NCBI GenBank assembly: GCA_963707025.1
Contig: CAVPOM010000016.1
Location: 124,047-188,046, forward strand
Length of the DNA: 64,000 nucleotides
Source of the DNA: an uncultured Verrucomicrobiae bacterium
GTDB lineage: Bacteria; Verrucomicrobiota; Verrucomicrobiia; Limisphaerales; Palsa-1400
Direction: 5' to 3'
The notes beneath the pieces were generated by a model. That model was not told the origin of the DNA, did not search any database, and saw only the letters and a program-made list of their open reading frames with translations. Of this stretch, positions 38,680 through 46,933 are shown piece after piece. A program made the translations under genes and the position numbers. Position 1 is the stretch's first letter. The number at the start of each line of letters is the position of its first letter.

Positions 38680-39081
38680 TCAATCCTCGTCCATTAGCAT
38701 GACAGTAATTGCAGGCTGCGGGTCATCAATGTCGAGGGGGCCGCAAACGGCGGTCAACCTGACAAGTCGAGGGGCGCGATTGTCATTGCGGACGTACAGC
38801 GCAACCGGCAAGCGGTCGCAACCGGGGCGGCTGCGGAGGACGGCAAACCGGGCCATTGTGATTATATCCCAGAGCCGGCCGGCTTCGTCCTGGCAGGCCA
38901 CGCCGGGCGGCACGGTCACGTAAGCATCATAAACGGCGCGGGTGAGAAAAACCGGAAAGCGGATTCCGGCTTCCTGCGCGGTTTTGGAAACCTCAATCTG
39001 CACGCCATCGGCGACGGCCTGTGATCGGGTGCAAGAATAGATGACTTCGCCAAAGGGCGAGTTTTCGTTGTCTGTGTTCAT
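38680..39081 (-). CDS. Conserved mobile-element protein (DUF6573-like)
   Basis: VIYSCTRSQAVADGVQIEV..AQEAGIRFPVFLT...QDEAGRLWDI...CGPLD...PAITVML. Confidence 0.75.
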   Translation of the reverse strand: MNTDNENSPFGEVIYSCTRSQAVADGVQIEVSKTAQEAGIRFPVFLTRAVYDAYVTVPPGVACQDEAGRLWDIITMARFAVLRSRPGCDRLPVALYVRNDNRAPRLVRLTAVCGPLDIDDPQPAITVMLMDED

Positions 39082-39087
39082 GGTGTT

Positions 39088-39309
39088 TTAGCGGTTAAGA
39101 ATGGGGACTTCCGATTGTGGAGAGATACGAACCAAACCGGGCTTGGGTTGAATACGGACACGCACGCCAAAAAGGGTGGTGAACTCGCGCGGCTGCTTGG
39201 TCACGGCGACAACGGCGGAACAATCGGTGACGCGGACAACGCGACACGGCTTGCCGTCCAGGCGGATGACATCGCCAGCGCGGAGTCGGAATGGAGAAAA
39301 GGTTTTCAT
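39088..39309 (-). CDS. Small hypothetical protein
   Basis: 73 aa MKTFSPFRLRAGDVIRLDGKPCRVVRV...; 4-nt overlap with the upstream ORF. Confidence 0.65.
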   Translation of the reverse strand: MKTFSPFRLRAGDVIRLDGKPCRVVRVTDCSAVVAVTKQPREFTTLFGVRVRIQPKPGLVRISPQSEVPILNR

Positions 39310-39497
39310 TTGGGCTTTTGAGAAGCAAACAAACGCGCTTGCGCGGACTCTGCGGCACGGCGGGCACGGTCTGCCTCGGCTCGTTCGCGGGCAAGACGAT
39401 CTCCGTCTAATCCGGTTTCGAGTGCGAGATTGAAGGTGTCCCCGGCAAACAAAAATTCGTGTTGCGGAATGGGCAAGCGGCGTCTGTTTCGTTTCAT
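39306..39497 (-). CDS. Small hypothetical protein
   Basis: MKRNRRRLPIPQHEFLFAGDTFNL...; tightly packed operon with RBS. Confidence 0.6.
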   Translation of the reverse strand: MKRNRRRLPIPQHEFLFAGDTFNLALETGLDGDRLARERAEADRARRAAESAQARLFASQKPK

Positions 39498-39511
39498 GGT
39501 GGGTTCGCCTT

Positions 39512-39898
39512 TCAAGCGGCTTTGGCGTCTGCCGGGAAGTAGGTCTGATATTTATCGCGGGGGTCGCGGTGACTGGCGGTGGAAAAGTGGCCGCAAGGGT
39601 GTTGCCAAGTCTGGCGTTTCCGATTCCAATGGAAACCAAACTGGGACAGGGCGGCGGTAATCTCCGGCGGCTGTTTATCCTCAAACTGAATCCAAACCCA
39701 CTTGCCCACTACCTGCGCCAATTCCCAAAAGCGGGGTGTCTCGTGATAAAGCATGTCCAAGAGTTTTTCGGTGGAAAGTCCCCGGTTTTGAAATCGGAGT
39801 CTGAAATCAATCTGCGGCACTTGGTTTTCAATGCGCTGTGCGGTCCGGTTCAAGAGCCCCGAATCCGAATTTGAAACTGAATTTGTGTTTGTTTTCAT
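39512..39898 (-). CDS. Hypothetical mobile-element protein
   Basis: 128 aa, VVGKWVWIQF...LSQFGFHWNRKRQTWQHPCG; first gene of the leftward operon. Confidence 0.7.
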   Translation of the reverse strand: MKTNTNSVSNSDSGLLNRTAQRIENQVPQIDFRLRFQNRGLSTEKLLDMLYHETPRFWELAQVVGKWVWIQFEDKQPPEITAALSQFGFHWNRKRQTWQHPCGHFSTASHRDPRDKYQTYFPADAKAA

Positions 39899-40115
39899 AG
39901 TGTTTTTTTTACAACTGCGCGTGCGTTCTCGGACTGTCGCCCTTCACGAAAAAGCCTGCGGCACAGGGCGGCCAGCGGGAGTAGTCTTTAGAGGGCACCG
40001 CGTCCGGCCCCCTGTGGAAAGCAGGCTAGTGGAGGGCGACAGGCTGGGAACGCACGGCAAAAAACACTTGAAAACAACCATGAGGCCGGCAGAAGGGTAA
40101 TTGCCTCACACTCTG

Positions 40116-40301
40116 CGCGGAGCGGCGCGGCTGGCGGGTTTCAATGCCAGGATTATGGCAGGCATGAAACATGACAGATGCGCGTCATGCCCTCACGCCC
40201 TGGGGGTCGTTGAAGCCGTGGGATCGTCGGCCCACTATCGCGGAGCGGCACGGCTGGCGGGCTTCATGCCAGGTTGACGGGCGGGCATGAAGCATGACAG
40301 A
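40116..40301. repeat. Two ~63-bp imperfect direct repeats, each containing a hairpin
   Basis: 40116-40178 and 40239-40301; stems gtttca(a)tgcc/ggcatgaaac and gcttcatgcc/ggcatgaagc. Confidence 0.8.
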
Positions 40302-40957
40302 GGAGCGTTGTCTGGATTCCCGGCTCGCTTGTGAATTTCAGAATCCGTGAGCGTAACGGAGCGTTTGGGCTGGCCGCCCGCGTAGGGGAAAGGGCCGTGG
40401 AGCGGACAGAACAAAAAGCGGAGTGGAGCGGCGGATTTAGAAATTCATCAAGGGAGCCTCCGTGGGGGAGCCAAGTCTTGCGTCTTTGGCGGCGTAGTCT
40501 TTGAAGGGGAAGCCAAAGCCGACAAGTCTTGGCAACAGGGTCGGGCGATGGGGTTCCCGGGCACATGATCTGCGTTTCGTGCGAAATCATCAGAAATACA
40601 CAGATTTCTGATAGATTGGCGTTTTTGCAGCGTATTTATAGTAAGGGGATTTGTGGCCCGCGCGCGGTGATGGCACTTCTCCTGTTCGGGGGGTTGGGCT
40701 GATGTGGGCCGGCAACTGGTCAACGGCAAGCGGGCATTACTAGACGAACGCAAGTAGCGATGAAAATGTTGCCAATTGGCAACATTCGCACAGGTGGTTG
40801 AACAGCAAGCACTTAAAGGCAGAAAAGCCGGAAAGAGAGGCCAAATCGTTATGATGCAACAAGAAGCCAGTGCCGCAGACATCCCTGCTCCCGTGAATCG
40901 TCCGGGGGTGACTTCGGATCAACCTCGGGAGGCGGAGCCACATGAAGGATGCCAAAT

Positions 40958-41323
40958 ATGGCGGGACGCCTTTTGAGAATCAAAGAATGGGGACAGATGG
41001 CACGGGAAGCCGATTTCCAACCAACGAAACTGGCGATGCTGTGCTTGGTCTCGGATCGTCAATTGCAACGGTTTTCCCTCCAACGATTTGGTTTGACCCC
41101 CGGCAGGTGGCTTCGCACCCTGCAATGTCAACTTGCCAAAGATTTGATCTCGCAAGGCTGGTCCACCAAGGCTGTCGCGGCTGAACTCAAGTTTGCCAGC
41201 GAATCCCATTTCTGCCACGCCTTCAAGAAACTGTCCGGCAGAACGCCGCAGTCTTTTGCTCCGGTCTATGCAAAGAGCCAAAAATTGTCGCTTTTAGACA
41301 ATAATGTCGCTAATGAGCAATAA
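40958..41323 (+). CDS. AraC-family regulator, DNA-binding domain only
   Basis: LAMLCLVSDRQLQRF...FGLTPGRWL...AKDLI...KAVAAELKFASESHFCHAFKKLSGRTP. Confidence 0.88.
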   Translation: MAGRLLRIKEWGQMAREADFQPTKLAMLCLVSDRQLQRFSLQRFGLTPGRWLRTLQCQLAKDLISQGWSTKAVAAELKFASESHFCHAFKKLSGRTPQSFAPVYAKSQKLSLLDNNVANEQ

Positions 41324-41369
41324 AAACTGTAAAAACTCCGTTGACAAGGATCGGGAAGAATGTTTGAAT
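41286..41369 (+). promoter_or_regulatory. 19-bp tandem repeat followed by a sigma70-type promoter
   Basis: tgtcgcttttagacaataa / tgtcgctaatgagcaataa (41286-41323); TTGACA (41341)-17 bp-TTGAAT with extended TG. Confidence 0.55.
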
Positions 41370-41417
41370 CACCATGTTCACCGAACATACGATTTCAGGC
41401 ATACGCGGCAGGTTTAA

Positions 41418-42725
41418 ATGAAACAAAGCCGCTTTACGCCCATGAATGCGGCCAACGATTGGTTTTACAGTTCTCGAGGAAGTTCATTTTCCTTGGAATT
41501 CGCTTTGAAAAATGCGAAATTCTATTTTTCTAGGATTGGCCATTTCAGATCGCTTGCAAGTTTGACAGCAAGCTTTGTTCGGGCCTGCTTGATGCTTCTG
41601 CTTGCATTGACCGCTGCCCACGCTCTCTCGGTTTCTGCTCAGGAACCGCGCTATGTTGAGATTTCCGCTGAGGTTGACATGGTCAGCTACGTTAAACGTG
41701 ACACAAATGGTGCGCCAATTGAAACGAAAAGAAGTTTTCAGTTCACATGTATCGTAGGGACAAACGAATGGCGAATCGAAACGGGTTTCTCACCATTTAT
41801 CCAGGATACATGGTATTATGACGGCACCGATGTCTATGAGGCCAACCGTACCACAAACGATGAAGCGTTTGTGCAGATGAAGCAGTTCTCCCAGAAGATG
41901 CGGCCAAGGCCGGCGCTTGCTGATCCAGAAATCATCAAATCAAACCTTACAATCCACGTTACACCGTCCTTGGGCGGCCATCCGCTTGGCGACCTTGGGG
42001 TAAACATCCCGTGGCTCGCTTACTGTTCCGGAAGCTATCTAAAGCAGCAAGCCAGGGTCATTCCCCTTCCGACGACTGTAATTAGCGAAGCGGAGGATGC
42101 CTTCGCCTATGTAGATAAAACAGTCACTTTTCCTGATCAATTCGGGCTGCCATATACTCTTGATCTTTTGACGTCCAAAGATCAATATCGTCGAGGTTTA
42201 GAGGATAAACGAATTTACCGGAACACTCCTGCTGCATTGGCTGCGCTGAATCCAGTTGTACCGGCAGATCCCGATGGAACCCTCAAGTTCCATTACGAAG
42301 TTAAACAGGTCACAAATTTTGATGGATGGCAATTCCCGACGCAGTTCAGTTACGTTGATTATCGGCCGGATCGCAAAGGGGGTTGGCATCCCTATGTGGC
42401 GGGTCTTGGTAAGATGCTCTCTATTCGAGAATGTGGACCGCCAGCATCGGTATTCGATACGAATTTGCAGCAGACGGTGCAGGACTTCCGCTTCAGGCAC
42501 CCAACTAAAGTCCTAGATGCTATCACTTATACCACCACGAATAGCGCGCTATGGCCAACAAACGACCCACGATTACAAGCGGAATTCAAACGGCTGGCGG
42601 TTTTTGCACCTCTTGAGCACGGCATATCCATTCGTAGGGGTAGGATAATTTTCGGGATTATGGTAGTCTTGTTGGCATTTGTGCCTCTTTTCTGGTCACG
42701 CTTAAAATCCCGAAACAGCAGATAA
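41418..42725 (+). CDS. Exported protein of unknown function with C-terminal membrane anchor (paralog 1); start uncertain
   Basis: Signal-like segment ending SVSA-QE; C-terminal IIFGIMVVLLAFVPLFW plus basic tail; colinear motifs shared with 43769..45466. Confidence 0.8.
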   Translation: MKQSRFTPMNAANDWFYSSRGSSFSLEFALKNAKFYFSRIGHFRSLASLTASFVRACLMLLLALTAAHALSVSAQEPRYVEISAEVDMVSYVKRDTNGAPIETKRSFQFTCIVGTNEWRIETGFSPFIQDTWYYDGTDVYEANRTTNDEAFVQMKQFSQKMRPRPALADPEIIKSNLTIHVTPSLGGHPLGDLGVNIPWLAYCSGSYLKQQARVIPLPTTVISEAEDAFAYVDKTVTFPDQFGLPYTLDLLTSKDQYRRGLEDKRIYRNTPAALAALNPVVPADPDGTLKFHYEVKQVTNFDGWQFPTQFSYVDYRPDRKGGWHPYVAGLGKMLSIRECGPPASVFDTNLQQTVQDFRFRHPTKVLDAITYTTTNSALWPTNDPRLQAEFKRLAVFAPLEHGISIRRGRIIFGIMVVLLAFVPLFWSRLKSRNSR

Positions 42726-42746
42726 ATTGCAACAATACTAGTACTT

Positions 42747-43133
42747 ATGAAAACAACAAAGAAAACAAAAGTAGTTATCGGAATAGTGTTAGCCACTCTG
42801 TGCATCGCTCCGGCCAAAATGTTGCTTGCACAGGGACCATACGAATGGTCAACATGTTATTGGCCAGGCAGTCCAGACAGCTGTGTTATCGCTGTTCAAA
42901 ATGAGCCAGAATATGACCCCTGTGAAGCGCCAGATGGATGTACTGTTGCCACCCCTCCCACAACCCAATCATATTGCGTTTACTGGAGCCAGGACACTTG
43001 GTGTCCGGACGGCCACAAAGGAATATTGTTGGGTCAATTGTGGTATGTGGGAACTTGCGGTGGTGGTGCTTGTACTTGCCAGTACGACCCCAACAACGGA
43101 AAACAATCCGACCCCATAACGCTCTGCCCTTAG
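42747..43133 (+). CDS. Secreted cysteine-rich small protein (10 Cys in the predicted mature part)
   Basis: MKTTKKTKVVIGIVLATLCIAPAKMLLA leader; contains GTCGGGACTCQ. Confidence 0.75.
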   Translation: MKTTKKTKVVIGIVLATLCIAPAKMLLAQGPYEWSTCYWPGSPDSCVIAVQNEPEYDPCEAPDGCTVATPPTTQSYCVYWSQDTWCPDGHKGILLGQLWYVGTCGGGACTCQYDPNNGKQSDPITLCP

Positions 43134-43148
43134 TTCGCAGAAGAGCCC

Positions 43149-43272
43149 AGAGCGTGTTTTGAAAATCGTTTTCATTGTAGGAGCCGGCGCGTGAGGAGGC
43201 TCAAATTTCCGGGAGCCCATGGGGAAGACAGATCCTCCTCACGTTGGCACTTACGTTCTCAAAACAGGCTCT
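43149..43272. repeat. MITE/REP-like palindromic element
   Basis: Terminal inverted repeats agagcgtgttttgaaaa / ttctcaaaacaggctct enclosing gtaggagccggcgcgtgaggagg / cctcctcacgttggcacttac. Confidence 0.7.
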
Positions 43273-43326
43273 CACACCGGTTCTGCGACTTTTCGGGTCG
43301 GCGATTTTCGAGGATTCAGTAAAAGT

Positions 43327-43776
43327 ATGCTGTTCAAGTTTTTCATTCGTTCAGGAGGTGGCCTGTTATTAATTACCGGGATCGCAAAGGTCATTAGCGC
43401 ATCTGGGAAGCAGGCAATATTATACTCCCATGATCCCATCCTCGGGTTTACCTATCGCTATGTATTCATCCTATTAGGTTTGGTTGAAATCAGCATCGCA
43501 TTGTATTGTTTTCTCGGAACACGTCGCTTGCTCCAGGCCGGAATATTAGGCTGGCTTTCAGCTTGCTTTTTTCTTTATAGGACCGAACTTGGCTGGTTGA
43601 AGTATGCGCGACCGTGCCCGTGCTTAGGGAGCCTGACTGCCGCTCTTGCAATCCCTGAAAGAACTGCCGACCTGATTCTGATAGCGGTTCTTTTCTACAT
43701 GCTGATCGGTAGTTGTATTGCGTTCCTGACGCTGGCGGAGAACACCAAGCCACCTCTTAATCATACTTGTGATTAA
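43327..43776 (+). CDS. MauE/DoxX-like membrane protein
   Basis: LLLITGIAKV, GLVEISIA, PCPCLG (cf. the CxCxG motif of MauE), four TM segments. Confidence 0.75.
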   Translation: MLFKFFIRSGGGLLLITGIAKVISASGKQAILYSHDPILGFTYRYVFILLGLVEISIALYCFLGTRRLLQAGILGWLSACFFLYRTELGWLKYARPCPCLGSLTAALAIPERTADLILIAVLFYMLIGSCIAFLTLAENTKPPLNHTCD

Positions 43777-45466
43777 TATTACTAACATGCAAGACCCCCT
43801 CAAGCGCTTAGTTGTTACACAAAGAGATGAGGGTTCTCGGTGCGACCCAAAAGGAGTAGCTTCCGCACTTCATGTTTGTGCCGGCACAATATTGTTAATA
43901 TACGGCGCTTCACATTTCGGGTTTTTAACGCTTCGCGATCATAATCACCAGCTTCACAATTTAGTTTTCCCGATTATCAACAACTGGACACTTTATCTAA
44001 TCGTGGCAGCAATCGAGACAATTCTCGGAGTTGCTTGTTTTATCCGACGTGGCCACGAGGCAATTAGCATTACAATTGTAACATTTGTCGGAGTTATGAT
44101 TTGGTACAGATGGGCATTTTATTACGCAGGAGGAATACGTTGCAGCTGCACCGGTCTTCTAGGCAGACTGTTCCATTTTACACCCGCTCAAGAAAGGACT
44201 TTTCCTGTACTTACATTGATGTTGCTCATCGTGAGCGCATCACCATTCATCCTGAGAATATGTAAACGGATGTGCCGACTCTATACATTGGTGCTATTTG
44301 CGGTGTCGATGACTATGACTCTTGGACAATTAGACGCCAAGGCCGGAGACACTATTGCAATTCGTGGCCTGTTGGATTGGCAGGACTACGATTTCGTTAC
44401 GGCCAAACCCTCAACTAGGTATTATAAGCACTATGTATTTACAACGATGATTTCGGGGAAGTCTTGGAGCATATGCGTCACGAACATGAGTCGGCCTAGA
44501 TGGTGGGCGCAACTTGTTTATGATGGAAGCAGTACATTTATAATTCAACCTGCTACCAAATATGGGAGTCTTGCGACTAATGAAGATCAAGTGCCGGAAA
44601 CCAATTTGAATGAGGTTCTTGTAGAAGGATCGGCAAGATTCCTTCCCGAGTCAGATGAAATGCAATTAAGCATCGGATGGTTTACTTACGGTTTCTCGAA
44701 GTGGCTTTTAGGCACTAACACGAATGGATTCGTGGAGTTGCCGTTGCCAAGCGGCAATGTGCGTGAGAATCCGAGATCTTTTGGCTATAAATGGCTCGTC
44801 AACTTTTCCGATGGTGGGCTATATGCGAGTAATTGTCAGGTGGTGCGAGACCACGCTCTTGACAAAAGGGAGGCAGATGAATTATTCCGATCAGAGTTGA
44901 ATTACCCAGATACTTTGGCGGATTACAATGATTACCAGACTTTGCTGCGATTTAAAAGGGATACTCCTGATGGCTTCGTCAAACTTAAGTACAAATGTAC
45001 AAAATGGGCGGATACCAGCTTGGGAGAGGTGCCAAGTGAGTCGAAACTTGAGGTATACTGGTGGGATGAGAGACGTGGAATTGGGCGTTATCCATTCCAC
45101 GTTGTCACTTTGAAAGCTACAAACGTAGACATTCGCCCACCTGTAACGAGCCTTTTGCCAGAAGTTGAGGTGTTAACGAAGGTTGAGGATTACCGCTATA
45201 AACGGGTAAATTCCTCCAGAATTTTCAAGTATGCCGAGTATAATTTAGAGCCCGGCGATTTGTGGAAATCTGGCGATGATCCGATACTTGTAGCCAGGGC
45301 TGCTGAGTATCTTGAGCATGGCCGAAAGTATACACATTGGGCCAACAATGGAAGAATGTGGACGAGTTGGCTTCTTTTAGCGGTTTTACTCGCACCAGCC
45401 GTAATTGTGCTAGTAAGAAGGAAACAAAAACAAAGAAATCAGGAGTTAAACAATGAAAAAGTATAA
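43769..45466 (+). CDS. MauE-like domain fused to an exported membrane-anchored domain (paralog 2)
   Basis: N-terminal TM bundle with AAIETILG and RCSCTG; C-terminal region colinear with 41418..42725; C-terminal TM plus RRKQK. Confidence 0.8.
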   Translation: MINITNMQDPLKRLVVTQRDEGSRCDPKGVASALHVCAGTILLIYGASHFGFLTLRDHNHQLHNLVFPIINNWTLYLIVAAIETILGVACFIRRGHEAISITIVTFVGVMIWYRWAFYYAGGIRCSCTGLLGRLFHFTPAQERTFPVLTLMLLIVSASPFILRICKRMCRLYTLVLFAVSMTMTLGQLDAKAGDTIAIRGLLDWQDYDFVTAKPSTRYYKHYVFTTMISGKSWSICVTNMSRPRWWAQLVYDGSSTFIIQPATKYGSLATNEDQVPETNLNEVLVEGSARFLPESDEMQLSIGWFTYGFSKWLLGTNTNGFVELPLPSGNVRENPRSFGYKWLVNFSDGGLYASNCQVVRDHALDKREADELFRSELNYPDTLADYNDYQTLLRFKRDTPDGFVKLKYKCTKWADTSLGEVPSESKLEVYWWDERRGIGRYPFHVVTLKATNVDIRPPVTSLLPEVEVLTKVEDYRYKRVNSSRIFKYAEYNLEPGDLWKSGDDPILVARAAEYLEHGRKYTHWANNGRMWTSWLLLAVLLAPAVIVLVRRKQKQRNQELNNEKV

Positions 45467-45686
45467 GAAATATATCTCGATAGCTGCTATGATTATAGGA
45501 TTGATGGCGGGTGGTTCTGTTGCTATGGCTTCACGTCAATGTAATGTGACGATAACTTACACTTGCGTGTATAATGATTGCTTCAGCTTTAGTGGAGGTG
45601 GAATTATATATTGCAGTAGCGGCACTACGTGTTCCTGTCAGCCGACTGATACAGAGAATACTGATTGCGGTTGCTTTTTATCGTAA
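45453..45686 (+). CDS. Secreted cysteine-rich peptide (8 Cys in ~51 mature residues)
   Basis: AGGAG RBS; MKKYKKYISIAAMIIGLMAGGSVAMA leader; YCSSGTTCSCQ...DCGC. Confidence 0.78.
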   Translation: MKKYKKYISIAAMIIGLMAGGSVAMASRQCNVTITYTCVYNDCFSFSGGGIIYCSSGTTCSCQPTDTENTDCGCFLS

Positions 45687-45780
45687 TTGGAGCTACGCGC
45701 GACTGTGGGGTTGTTGTTTGTAACCAAGATGGCTGTAGTTTTTGTCCTGCTCGTCATCTAAGGTTGGGTAGTTTGGCTGC

Positions 45781-46354
45781 TTGCCGCCGGCTGAACTGTT
45801 CCAAGTGCTCGTCCAGGGGCGCCGGGAGCCCGCTGAGGCTCGACGTGGTGATCTCGTGCCTGCACAACTCCTGCGTGATCGCCGCCACTTTGCGCGTCGA
45901 GACTGCTTGCACATACATCTGCGCGAGCGCCGCAACCAACGCCTTATCGCTCCGCTGATATTGCTCGAACTCCTGCGTGCTGAAATGCCCCGCCAGATGC
46001 TGCGGCACCCGCCGCAGGATCGGGCCGACCCGCGTAATCAAGCGCCGCCGGTAATATACGCGCTGCGGTAGGCCGCCCGCTGGGCGCTCCGCTCATACTT
46101 GCCGGCCTGCAAGCATTCCTCCATCTCCAATTCCAGGATCCCTTGCACCGCTTCCTGCACCGCCGGGGCCAAAAAAATCCTTCTGCTCCGTCAAAAAGGG
46201 GACCTCATTTCCGCGACATCCAGGGTTGCTTTCTTCGCGTCCGTCACTTTGCTCTTTGGCGTCATGGTTCTGCCTTTCTTTTAGTGGTTTCCTAACATGC
46301 CCCAGGGGCCACCATGACCCTCCTCTTTTTTGCACAACTTTTAAAGCACTAGCC
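45781..46354 (-). mobile_element. Degenerate, truncated IS256-family element
   Basis: Fragments LELEMEECLQAGKYERS, TRVGPI..RVP, F....FEQYQRSDKALVAALAQMYVQAVSTRKV..ITQELC; left end ggctagtgctttaaaagttgtgcaaaa; stops and frameshifts, no DDE core. Confidence 0.82.
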
Positions 46355-46447
46355 GATTCGTCTTATTTCATTTGATTTTGGTGTGGCGATTTGTCAATTT
46401 TAGGCTGTCCGGATGATGGACATGTGGTAAGATAGCAAACGGTAGCA

Positions 46448-46933
46448 ATGAGCACTTTGCTTGATTGTATGAATGCGATTCGGAAACCTTTGAAAACGGA
46501 GGGTGCCAACCCTGGCTTGGCGCTTCTGATAAAGCGTTATTTTCGCTTTGGAGTTGTCGGAGGCAGCGGCATCGCGGTGGACATGGCCGCTTTGTTCATT
46601 CTGGGTAACCCCAGAATGCTTGGGTTGGATTTGTCCTTGAGCAAGGCCCTGGCGGCAGAGATTGCCATTCTCTGGAATTTCACTTGGAATGAACTCTGGA
46701 CATTTCGCGATCTGGCCGTGAATAATTCATGCGCGGCTCGAACATTGCGGTTTGGAAAGTTTAACCTCATATGTTTGGCTGGCATCGGCTTGAGTGTGCT
46801 GCTGCTCAATGTGGAAACTCGCTGTTTTCAGATGAATATGTATCTTGGAAATCTGGTGGCGATTTTAATCGTGAGTTTTTGGAATTTTGGATTGAATCTG
46901 AGGTTCGGATGGAGGCCGGGCGGCAAGCCATGA
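46448..46933 (+). CDS. GtrA-family flippase-like protein
   Basis: RFGVVGGSGIAVD, AAEIAILWNFTWNELWTF, WNFGLN. Confidence 0.85.
   Translation: MSTLLDCMNAIRKPLKTEGANPGLALLIKRYFRFGVVGGSGIAVDMAALFILGNPRMLGLDLSLSKALAAEIAILWNFTWNELWTFRDLAVNNSCAARTLRFGKFNLICLAGIGLSVLLLNVETRCFQMNMYLGNLVAILIVSFWNFGLNLRFGWRPGGKP

Noticed and set aside
42747..43776. Methylamine dehydrogenase (mau) cluster
   Set aside because: A MauE-like gene and a Cys/Trp-rich protein are present, but there is no large subunit, MauD or MauG and no small-subunit motif that I recognise
42747..45686. Classical RiPP cluster (lanthipeptide, sactipeptide, ranthipeptide)
   Set aside because: No radical SAM, LanM/LanBC, YcaO or peptidase-ABC transporter nearby; leaders look Sec-type
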